In this document: piece by piece, positions 10,232 to 18,399 of the stretch
Numbering within the stretch: the first letter of the stretch is position 1
Layout: every line of letters starts with the position of its first letter
From: Natrialbaceae archaeon
GTDB taxonomy: Archaea; Halobacteriota; Halobacteria; Halobacteriales; Natrialbaceae
Reading direction: 5' to 3'
DNA: 37,359 bases
Assembly: GCA_034521555.1 (NCBI GenBank)
Contig: JAXHMI010000002.1
Span: 1 to 37,359 of the forward strand
Translations under genes and position numbers: made by a program
Notes under the pieces: model-generated
The model's input: the letters and a program-made list of their open reading frames with translations, nothing else
Database searches by the model: none
What the model was told of the DNA's origin: nothing

Positions 10232-10648
10232 ATGTCACTGGTCCGCGCCCTGGCCGCTGGCGGCCTCTCGCTGGTACTGCCGGGTGCGGGCCACGTGGTT
10301 ATCCGCGACTGGGTCCGGGCGATCCTCTTTGCGGCCCTCTATTTCGTCTCGTTTTTCCTCCTGGTGCCGATCGACCAGATCGTCGCCGCGGAGGGGTTCA
10401 CCGCGATGCTCGACATCGCGGCCGAGGAGACCGACATGATGGCGCAGTTCACTCTCTCGTTCATCACGGTCTTCGCGGCGGTCGATGCAGGCTTTCGGGC
10501 CTTTACTCGCTCGACACCGGTCACCGGTGACAGTGGCCCGACCTGTCCAGAGTGTGGCCGCGAACTCGACGAGGACCTCGAGTTCTGTCGACTGGTGTAC
10601 GACCCGCCTGGAGCCCCAAACCCAGGAGACCTGATTACTTCTCGATGA
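10232..10648 (+). CDS. Membrane protein (3-4 TM) with a C-terminal Zn-ribbon (CPECGREL...EFC).
   Basis: MSLVRALAAGGLSLVLPGAGHVVIRDWVRAILFAALYFVSFFLLVPIDQIVAAEG...TGDSGPTCPECGRELDEDLEFCRLVYDPPG. Its convergent 3' end overlaps aroB' by 14 bp. Confidence 0.55.
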   Translation: MSLVRALAAGGLSLVLPGAGHVVIRDWVRAILFAALYFVSFFLLVPIDQIVAAEGFTAMLDIAAEETDMMAQFTLSFITVFAAVDAGFRAFTRSTPVTGDSGPTCPECGRELDEDLEFCRLVYDPPGAPNPGDLITSR

Positions 10649-11804
10649 TGCTCTCCTCGACGGCCTCGCCGAAGTGCCGAGCGGTGTCCTCGTAGTACAG
10701 CAGCACCTCGTCACCCACCTCGAGATCGGTGACGGCCGTCCGTCCCTTACTCGTGGCGACCTTGATCGGTCTCGGCATTCTGGAGGAGTGTCTCGATCTG
10801 ATCGCCCTCGGCGGTCTCGATGGCCACGCGGAACATCGGGCGCTTTTCGATCTTGACTCGCCCCACGATGGCCTCTCGCGTATTGCCCTCGAGGTCGACG
10901 ACCTGGACCTCGTCTCCACTGCGGAGTTCGGCGAGGTACTTTGTGCCCTCCGTCAGGGGTGCGCACGTAGGCGTGGACTGCCCCGGCGTTGACCCGGAAG
11001 GGCCGCGAGGCGACGTATGGCGACTCGGCCGTCTCGGCGTGTACGAAGACCAGGCCGCGACTCATCGAGCCGATCAGCATGCCCTCGTCGTGATCCATGA
11101 GACTCCCCGTGTCAACACAGACCCGATCCGCACTGCCGGTCTGCTCGATATCGGTCACGGTTCCATACTCGAGGTCGACCTGTTCGCGCTCGTAGTCGTC
11201 GCGGACCTCGACGGTCGCGCGGATCTCGTCCGGGTCGTCTGAATCCAAGCACACACCGCATCTGCCCCGAGCTCGAGCGTCTCGAAGGCCGTCTCTGCCT
11301 CCTCGGCGGTGGTCACGCCGGCGACGATGTCCGTCTCCTCGCCGATCCGGGCGATCAGGTTCTCGAGGGGGATGATCGTCCAGTCGTCTCCGATCACGAG
11401 GGTATAGTCTGCGAGATCGGCCGCGCGTTCGGCGAACCCTTCGTAGGCCTCTCCCAGGATGCGGACGTACGCCCCGGCGGCGTCCTCGATTCGATCGAGT
11501 GTCGACAGGTCCGCCGAGTCTCCAAACTGGGCGGGGAGATCGACCGTTCCGTCCCCTCGCCGGCCTTCCCGACGACGTAGGCATCGGCCACGGCAGCATC
11601 CGAGGCTTCCTCGAGCACCTCGGCGTCGCCATCGCCCGAGAATGCGGCGACGGCGATATCGCCGAGTTCTCGAACGCGCTCGATGTCCTCCTCGTCGACC
11701 AGGACCCAGTCGGCCCCCGCCTCGAGGGCGGCCGTGATGCGGGCCCGCCGGTCCTCCCACTCGCCGACGGTATCGTCGGCTTTGATCCAGACTGACTTCG
11801 TCAT
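10635..11804 (-). pseudogene. aroB': 3-dehydroquinate synthase II (archaeal AroB', PF01959). Frame disrupted >=3 times.
   Basis: N-terminus MTKSVWIKADDTVGEWEDRRARITAALEAGADWVLVDEEDIERVRELGDIAVAA. Middle DWTIIPLENLIARIGEETDIVAGVTTAEEAETAFETLELGADAV. C-terminus ...HDEGMLIGSMSRGLVFVHAETAESPYVASRPFRVNAGAVHAYV...IKVATSKGRTAVTDLEVGDEVLLYYEDTARHFGEAVEESIIEK. Confidence 0.75.
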
Positions 11805-11897
11805 GGTATCAGCGTCGAAGGGAGTTGGCTTGAACGTGGCGGATTGCCGGATACGGGGGCGAAACCTTCAGGCAGGTCGACTGCATAGTTGAGGTGA

Positions 11898-12572
11898 ATG
11901 CCGTCCTACGAGGCCATCTGCTTCGACCTCGATCGGACCCTGTGTCAACCGACACGTGACCCCGACGACGTCCTCGCTGCCGTCTTCGAGCACGCCAATA
12001 TCGAGCCCTTCTGCTCGGCGGCCGATATCCGTGAGACGGTCCACGAGGTGTCCGCGCCGGTGACAGATCGGACCTTCTTCGAGTCTCTCTTTTCGACGAT
12101 CGCGGATCGGAAGGGTGTCGAGCCGAGCTGTGCCCCGACACTGGCGGAGTCGTTCCTCCAGGTGCGGGATCCGACAGCCGTCAGGCTCTGTCAGGGTGCC
12201 GAGCGGGCGCTGGATCGCGCCCGGGAGATCGGACCCGTCGGCCTCGTCACCAACGGGAGCAAGCCCGCCCAGCGCCAGAAGCTCGAGGCACTGGGCCTGC
12301 ACGACGCCTTCGACGTCACCGTCTTCACCGACCCGACATCGGGGATGGACCCCAAGCCGGCTCCAGGGCCGTTCGAACACGTCCTCTCCTCGGTCGGGGT
12401 CTCCCCCCAGCGGAGTCTTCACATCGGTGACTCGCTTGAGTCCGACGTCGCGGGGGCCAGTGCCGCCGGGATGGACTCTGCCTGGCTGGCCGAGTCGCCA
12501 CCGACCCCCAGCCGCGACCTCGAGCCAACCTACCGGCTCTCCTCGCTCGAGGATATCCACGGGATCGTCTAG
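11898..12572 (+). CDS. HAD-superfamily hydrolase (subfamily IA-like phosphatase).
   Basis: Intact ORF. Motif I CFDLDRTL. Motif II GLVTNGS. Motif III/IV ...LHIGDSLESDVAGASAAGM. Confidence 0.75.
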   Translation: MPSYEAICFDLDRTLCQPTRDPDDVLAAVFEHANIEPFCSAADIRETVHEVSAPVTDRTFFESLFSTIADRKGVEPSCAPTLAESFLQVRDPTAVRLCQGAERALDRAREIGPVGLVTNGSKPAQRQKLEALGLHDAFDVTVFTDPTSGMDPKPAPGPFEHVLSSVGVSPQRSLHIGDSLESDVAGASAAGMDSAWLAESPPTPSRDLEPTYRLSSLEDIHGIV

Positions 12573-12573
12573 C

Positions 12574-13110
12574 TACCAGGCGTCTCCGAGATCGGTCCGC
12601 GCCTGCCGGTAGCCTCGCTCGTCGGTCCAGGTCACGCCACTGGCGAGGTGCTCGACCATCAGCGCTGCCGAACACTCGCCACAGCCGTACTGCTCGGGGT
12701 CTCGATCGGCGCCGAGGCCCGGTGGCGGCCGGCTGACCAGTCACACTCGACACAGCGGACGTCATACCGCGGCTCGGTGAACGACTGGACAGTGCCGGGG
12801 TGCATTCAGCTCGTCGGCCTTGCGTCTGAATCCGAGGGCCGTGCCCGGAGCTGCCATGCTGCTGGAACTCCCAGGCGTGGATCAACTCGTGCCGGATCAC
12901 CGCCTCGAAGGTGGCCGGCTCGAAGGCCTCGAATGCCCGCGCGGCGAGGACGATCGTTGCCGTCTCGGTTTGGGGGTCCCACCGGCAGGCCCCCGCCCGT
13001 CGTCGGGCCCGGCGGGAGACGTCCCACTCGACACACTCGAGGTCGACGCCAAGCTCGAGCTCCTGTGCCTCTCGCTGGGCCCTGACCAGAATGGCGTCCG
13101 TCTGGGTCAC
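12574..13110 (-). pseudogene. SprT-like zinc metalloprotease domain protein with a C-terminal Zn-ribbon. Frame broken ~3-4 times.
   Basis: WDVSRRARRRAGACRWDPQTETATIVLAARAFEAFEPATFEAVIRHELIHAWEFQQHGSSGHGPR (SprT-like, HExxH motif HELIH). Shifted frames give ...RRKADELNAPRHCPVV, YDVRCVECDWSAGRH and EQYGCGECSAALMVEHLASGVTWTDERGYRQARTDLGDAW. Convergent with the HAD gene (stops 2 bp apart). Confidence 0.6.
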
Positions 13111-13920
13111 GCCTCGATCGTCAACCCGGCGACGTCGAGGGCCTCGTCGGTCCCGAGATCGTCGTGGACCACGGCCGAGACGGCCCGGCTGATCGCTGCG
13201 GGATCATCGTGCTGGAAGATCGATCGGCCCATCGAAACGCCCGCCCCGCCAGCGTCCATCGCTCCACGGACCATCTCGATCGTCTCGCGATCGGTCCCCT
13301 TCGCGCCGCCGGCGATGACGACCGGCTTTGCGGTCGATTCGATGACGTGTTCGAAGCTGTCCGGATCACCGCTGTACCCCGTTTTTATCACGTCAGCACC
13401 AAGCTCCTCGGCCAGCCGAACAGCGTGGCCGAGTGCCTCCGGATCTGATTCGTCGATGCCTGGGCCGCGAGCGTAGGCCATCGCGAGAACCGGCATCCCG
13501 TACGTCGGCTGCTTCGGCGGTCACCTCGCCGAGCTGGGAAATCTGGTCTGGCTCGTGGTCAGAACCGACGTTGATGTGAAAGGAGACGGCGTCGGCGCCG
13601 GCCCGAACGCCCTCGAGGACGGTTCCAGTCGGGCGCTTGTCCGTCGAGTCGGGCCCGATATTCGTCGAGCCGTTGAGATGGCAGATGAAGCCGGCTCCAT
13701 TCAGGTTCGGATGGACGCGGGGGGCCAGTCCCTTCTGGGTCAGGACCGCGTCGGCTCCTCCTCGTGACACCGCGTCGATAGTCGCCTCAATCTCTTTCAA
13801 TCCGCTGACGGCCCCGAGCGAGATGCCGTGGTCCATCGGGACGATCAGGTATCGACCCCCTGTCCCGATCCGCTCGAGTCGGGCCTCGATGCCGGTGCTC
13901 ATGATGGTAGTGTGTAGCAA
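13107..13920 (-). pseudogene. aroA': Class I aldolase (DeoC/LacD family). Most likely 2-amino-3,7-dideoxy-D-threo-hept-6-ulosonate synthase (AroA'), given the adjacent aroB'/aroD; an fba paralogue is not excluded. One frameshift near 13480.
   Basis: MSTGIEARLERIGTGGRYLIVPMDHGISLGAVSGLKEIEATIDAVSRGGADAVLTQKGLAPRV...DKRPTGTVLEGVRAGADAVSFHINVGS. The second frame gives MPVLAMAYARGPGIDESDPEALGHAVRLAEELGADVIKTGYSGD...VVIAGGAK. Confidence 0.7.
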
Positions 13921-13928
13921 ACTTGTGA

Positions 13929-14732
13929 CTAAGGCTGTTCTGGTTCTGGAGCGCCCCGCCGGGCCCCGGCCTTCAGTTCTGCGACCAGCTCGGCGAGCCG
14001 CTCGTCGACGGCATCGCCGCTGGCGACGATATCCACGAGGGCACTGCCCACCACGACGCCGTCGGCCCCGGCGGCGATGATTTCGGCCGCCTGGTCGCCG
14101 TCGCTGACGCCGAACCCGACCGCCTTCGGAATATCGAAGTCGGCGAGTCGGGCCAGGCTGTGGTGGGTGGCCTCGGAAACGGCTGCGCGGGCTCCGGTCG
14201 TGCCGAGTCTGGCCTGGACGTAGGCGAACCCGGAGGCCCGATCCATGATCGAGGTGAGTCGATCACCGCTCGTCGTCGGAGCGACGATAAATACCAGATC
14301 GAGCCCGTGGTCCTGGCAGGCCAGCTCCAGCGGACCCGCCTCTTCGGCGGGCAGGTCGGGCACGATGATCCCGTCGATCCCCGCCTCGGCCGCCCGCTCG
14401 ACGAACGGCCGGACGGACGGCTCGTCGCCGTACTGCAGGACGAGATTGTAGTAGGTCATCACCAGCAGCGGTGCCTCGACCTCCACCGGCTCGAGGGCCG
14501 CGAAGACCCGTTCCGGGGAGGCACCCGCCTCGAGGGCCCGACGGGTTGCCCCCTGGATGGTCGGGCCCTCGGCGATCGGCTCCGAGAAGGGGATGCCAAC
14601 CTCGATGCAGTCGGCACCGGCCGCGTCCATCGTCTCGAGATAGCCCACCGACTCCTCGAGGGTCGGGTCACCGGCCATGAGGTAGGTCACCAGCGCGGGT
14701 CCGTCCTCGAAGGCGGCCTCGATGGCACTCAC
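13929..14732 (-). CDS. trpA: Tryptophan synthase alpha subunit.
   Basis: Intact 267-aa ORF: [60 protein letters not shown]. The start (GTG) overlaps the trpB stop. Confidence 0.9.
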   Translation of the reverse strand: MSAIEAAFEDGPALVTYLMAGDPTLEESVGYLETMDAAGADCIEVGIPFSEPIAEGPTIQGATRRALEAGASPERVFAALEPVEVEAPLLVMTYYNLVLQYGDEPSVRPFVERAAEAGIDGIIVPDLPAEEAGPLELACQDHGLDLVFIVAPTTSGDRLTSIMDRASGFAYVQARLGTTGARAAVSEATHHSLARLADFDIPKAVGFGVSDGDQAAEIIAAGADGVVVGSALVDIVASGDAVDERLAELVAELKAGARRGAPEPEQP

Positions 14733-15956
14733 TCCTCGAACACCTCGACGTCGGGGGCCTCCGTGCAGGTCGCGGGCGGCCGTCTCCTCGAGGACTGTCT
14801 CGAGGTCCTTGTCCCTCGACCCGAGAGGCCGATGACGACCGTCTCACCGAGGTCGGCCTCGGCGGTCTCGAGATACGCGAGGGCGTGACTCGACTCGAGG
14901 GCCGGGATGATCCCCTCGAGCCGGGAGAGACGGTGGAACGCCTCGAGGGCCGCATCGTCGTCGACCGTCGCCGGCGTGACCCGGCCGGTTCCGACGAGGT
15001 GGGCGAGTTCGGGGCCGACCCCCGCGTAGTCGAGGCCGGCACTCACGCTGTGGGACTCGACGATCTGGCCATCCGGTCGCTGGAGGAGCTTGGTCATCGC
15101 CCCGTGGAGGACGCCATCGCTGCCGGTGGTGAGACTGGCGGAATTCGGTGCCACCCCGGCGTCGATATCGATATCGAGGCTCGATCCACCGGCCTCGATC
15201 GCATACAGGTCCACATCGTCAGCCACGAACGGGTGAAAGAGCCCCATCGTGTTTGATCCCCCGCCCGCACAGGCGATGACGCTATCCGGGAGGTCCCCAG
15301 TTCGATCCTGAATCTGCTCGCGTGCCTCGGTACCGATGACCGACTGGAACTCCCTGGACCATCCGGGGGAACGGGTGCGGACCGACGACGGACCCGATCA
15401 CATAGTGGGTGGTCTCGACGGTGGTCGCCCAGTCCCGGAGCGTCTCGTTGATCGCCTCCTTCAGGGTCGCACTGCCGGCCTCGACCGGGGTCACGGTCGC
15501 ACCGTTCATGCGCATGCGATAGACGTTCGGCCGCTGTCGGTTGACGTCGGTCCGGCCCATGTAGACCTCACATGGCATGTCGAGGTGGGCGGCAGCCATC
15601 GCCGTGGCCGTTCCGTGCTGGCCCGCGCCCGTCTCGGCGATCACCCGCTCCTTGCCCATGTACTTCGCGAGCAGAACCTGCCCGAGGGCGTTGTTGAGCT
15701 TGTGGGCTCCACCGTGGACCAGATCCTCGCGTTTCAGATAGACCGCCCGACCGTAGCGATCGCTCAGGTGCTCGGCGTGCTGCAGTGGGGTCGGTCGCCC
15801 CCCAAAGTCTGCGAGCCTGCGCTCCAGCTCGTCCCGAAAGCCGTCCTCGTTTTCGAGGACGTACCGCTCGAAGGCTTCCTCGAGTTCCTCGAGGGCGGGC
15901 ATGAGCGCCTCCGGAACGTACTGCCCACCGTAGTCGCCGAACGTGGCCTCACTCAT
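14729..15956 (-). pseudogene. trpB: Tryptophan synthase beta subunit (PLP-dependent). Frame broken ~2 times.
   Basis: [33 protein letters not shown]...[81 protein letters not shown]. Shifted: [19 protein letters not shown]...[14 protein letters not shown]...[16 protein letters not shown]. Confidence 0.9.
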
Positions 15957-16720
15957 GGGTAGTCACCCGCCGGGTCCGGTCGGTCACGTCGACGTCGTCG
16001 GCGTCGTGGGCCATAATGGCCGAGCCGATCAGGAGGCCGTCGGCCCCGGCCTCGAGCATTCGGTCGGCATCGGCTGGGGAGCTAATTCCGCTCTCCGCGA
16101 TGAGTGTCACGCTCTCTGGCACATGCGGGGCAACTCGCTCGAACGTGGCGAGGTCGACCTCGAGTCTCGCCAGGTCCCGGTTGTTCACGCCGATGAGAGT
16201 CGCATCGGCCTCGAGGGCGGCCTCGAGTTCCGTCCGGTCGTGGACCTCGACCAGGGGCTGGAATCCACGCTCCCGGGCCGCTGCGATGAGGGTGTCGAGC
16301 TCCTCGAGGAAGCGGGCGATGAGCAACACGGCATCGGCTTCTACGACATCCAGATGGGACTCCTCGAGGATGAAGTCCTTCCGGAGGATGGGGACGTCTA
16401 CGGCTCGGACCGAATATCTGCTGAGTGTCTCCGGTGACCCACCGAAGTGGGTCGGCTGCTCGCGAGGACGGAGATGGCCGCGGCGCCACCGTCGACCATG
16501 CCGTCGCCAGGTCGACGGGATCCTCGGATCGATTGCCTTCTGCGGTGGGACTCGTTGGTTTGACCTCCGCGATGACCGGCCGCCGGCCGGCCGCTTTCGC
16601 CCGTTCGAGTGCTGCTGGGAGGGGGCTGGCATCGACGGTGACTCGCTCGCCACCGGTGCGGCCCCTGGCAGCGGCCAGAATGTCGGCGACGGCGGGTGCC
16701 ACCTCACGTTGACCGTTCAT
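15949..16720 (-). pseudogene. trpC: Indole-3-glycerol-phosphate synthase. Frame broken ~2 times. First gene of the trpCBA operon.
   Basis: N-terminus [60 protein letters not shown]-terminal frame ...[93 protein letters not shown]...[31 protein letters not shown]. Confidence 0.85.
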
Positions 16721-16722
16721 TA

Positions 16723-16750
16723 TTGTACATTAACGTACGGTTATGTACAA
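16723..16750. promoter_or_regulatory. 28-bp near-perfect palindrome with three GTAC cores (TTGTACAT-TAACGTACGGTT-ATGTACAA) abutting the trpC start codon. Candidate trp operator overlapping the leaderless promoter core.
   Basis: Outer 8-bp arms are perfectly inverted (TTGTACAT / ATGTACAA). The centre contains the palindromic GTAC. It starts 2 bp from the trpC ATG (complement of 16718-16720) and lies in the divergent region shared with the ogt-like gene. Confidence 0.35.
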
Positions 16751-16813
16751 ATACCTTCCGACGTCGGCTCGGGGGCCAACGTTCAAGATGGCCCCACTCC
16801 TGAATGGAGTCGT

Positions 16814-17298
16814 ATGGCGGAGGCGAATCTCGCTGAGGCCGGTCTGTTCGCCCGGGAGTCAACGTATCTCGACCGATACGTCCAGCTGGGCGCGGCCAGC
16901 GGGAAGGTGCTTCGGGTGACGTTCCCAACCTCGCCAGATCCCGAGGCCGACGATGAGCACCCGGTGCTGGACCGCATCTTCGAGTACCTGGAGGGCGTCG
17001 AGCCCGGTCTCGTCTTCGGTCCGTCGATGTCGCCCTGACCGTCCCGACGGACCAGCGAACGGTCCTCGAGACACTCCGGACGGTCCCGTACGGAGAGAGC
17101 GTCAACGCGGCAACGCTCGCCGGGCATGACGGGAACTCCTCGACAGCGAGGACGATGCGGATCTTGCCATGGTCCGGACCGCCCTGGACGAGAATCCGGC
17201 ACCACTCGTGCATCCCGGACCATCGGGTGAGAGACGGACCCAGTGGCGCCCCACCGGGGGTGGAGCAGAAGCTCCGGTCGCTCGAGGGGCTGAGTTAG
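16814..17298 (+). pseudogene. ogt: Methylated-DNA-protein-cysteine methyltransferase (Ogt/MGMT) homologue. Frame broken ~3 times. The active-site motif reads PDHRV rather than PCHRV.
   Basis: N-domain MAEANLAEAGLFARESTYLDRYVQLGAASGKVLRVTF...HPVLDRIFEYLEGVEPGLVFG. DNA-binding/alkyltransferase domain in shifted frames: TDQRTVLETLRTVPYGESVNAATLAG..ELLDSEDDADLAMVRTALDENPAPLV-IPDHRVRDGPSGAPPGVEQKLRSLEGLS. Stop at 17296-17298. Confidence 0.6.
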
Positions 17299-17302
17299 GG
17301 CC

Positions 17303-17646
17303 TCACCGCTCGAGCCAGATGACGCCGATGTAGACGACCACGCCGAGAAGATCGCCAGCGTCGCCATTCCTCCGAGCGCTGTCTCGTTCGTCGCGACCCA
17401 GCCGAGCTGGGCGAGACCACCGAGCCCCAGCATCCAGGCGGCGCAGAGCCGGACAGCCGTTCGCTGCGCGTGGTCCTGCCAGACCAGTGCGACCCCGAGA
17501 GCGATGGCGATCACCCCGAACAGCACTTCACTGACCGTCGCGATAACGGCAGGCCCGCCAACGAGCTCCTGGATCAGCACGAGCAGAAAGTAGGCCACGA
17601 CGGCCAGCATAATTGCCTGTCGCAGCAGCGAGGTCCGCGCTGACAT
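17303..17646 (-). pseudogene. Small (~114 aa) multi-TM membrane protein of unknown function. One frameshift near the 3' end.
   Basis: MSARTSLLRQAIMLAVVAYFLLVLIQELVGGPAVIATVSEVLFGVIAIALGVALVWQDHAQRTAVRLCAAWMLGLGGLAQLGWVATNETALGGMATLA, then in a shifted frame LLGVVVYIGVIWLER* (stop 17303-17305). The long ORF extension to 16783 is antisense to ogt and rejected. Confidence 0.45.
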
Positions 17647-17673
17647 GTGTCTGGACTGTTCGCCTGAACGGTC

Positions 17674-18390
17674 TTAGCTCCGGGTGGTCCCGATTGTCCC
17701 CTCGTGGCGGACAAACTCGAGGAGATTGACCAGGTAGTGGGCCACTATGACGACCAGGAGACTCTCCGTCAGGACGTAGCCCGCTCCCAGCCCGAGGCCC
17801 AGCAGAGCGGTGACAGCGATACCCAGCCGGCCCTGCAGGCCATGGCCGATTCCGAATGCAACGGCACTTGGCAGCACGAGCAGGGCCGGAGAAAGCCCGC
17901 TCACCATCGCGAGGGCGCCGATCAGTACGGCCCGAAAGAGCAACTCCTCGACGATGGCGACGATCGGCAACGCCACGCCAGCCAGGAGTGAGCCAGCCGA
18001 GCCATCGACGTGGGTGCTAGGAGGCTCCCGGAGCGTCTCGTCGGGCTCGATCGAGCGTTGCCTGGCCAGCCAGACGCTCCCCTCACTGACGAGGAACAGC
18101 CCGATGCCAAACACACTGCCAATCCCGAGGCCGAACGTGAGCGCGCTGCTGGACCACTCGATTCCCAGGGCACTCGCTGGAATCGCTGCAGAGAGGGCCG
18201 CGCCCACGAGGAGCAGCCCGAGCGACCCCATGGGTGACAATCGACGTTTGCGAGGACTCGCCTTCGTCGACAGCGGGCCGAGACCGTCCGGCCCCTCCGT
18301 GCTGACCGCTCGCTGGGTCAGGTGGGCAAGGACAAGAACGAGCACCAGGACGACACTCGCGATCCCGACGAATGTCCCCCACTGGGCCAT
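17674..18390 (-). CDS. abi: CPBP family intramembrane glutamic endopeptidase (CAAX protease / Abi homologue).
   Basis: Intact 238-aa polytopic ORF with the diagnostic motifs EELLFRAVL (EExxxR) and FGIGH (FxxxH). It lies immediately downstream of lonB on the same strand (9-bp gap). Confidence 0.8.
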   Translation of the reverse strand: MAQWGTFVGIASVVLVLVLVLAHLTQRAVSTEGPDGLGPLSTKASPRKRRLSPMGSLGLLLVGAALSAAIPASALGIEWSSSALTFGLGIGSVFGIGLFLVSEGSVWLARQRSIEPDETLREPPSTHVDGSAGSLLAGVALPIVAIVEELLFRAVLIGALAMVSGLSPALLVLPSAVAFGIGHGLQGRLGIAVTALLGLGLGAGYVLTESLLVVIVAHYLVNLLEFVRHEGTIGTTRS

Positions 18391-18399
18391 GAGCGGGCC

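Noticed and set aside
10235-11632. 465-aa Arg-rich ORF on the minus strand
   Set aside because: Only a short internal stretch (…HDEGMLIGSMSRGLVFVHAETAESPYVASRPFRVNAGAVHAYV…) is genuine aroB' sequence. The rest is out-of-frame read-through created by the frame breaks, so it is not an independent gene.
16016-17038. 340-aa ORF on the plus strand spanning the trpC locus
   Set aside because: Its first ~265 codons are antisense to trpC. Only its 3' end (from ATG 16814) is real, where it encodes the N-domain of the Ogt-like protein.
16783-17303. 3' extension of the 287-aa minus-strand ORF 16783..17646
   Set aside because: Only the first ~107 codons (17646 to about 17330) look like a real membrane protein, which ends after a frame change at 17303. 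The remainder runs antisense through the Ogt-like gene.
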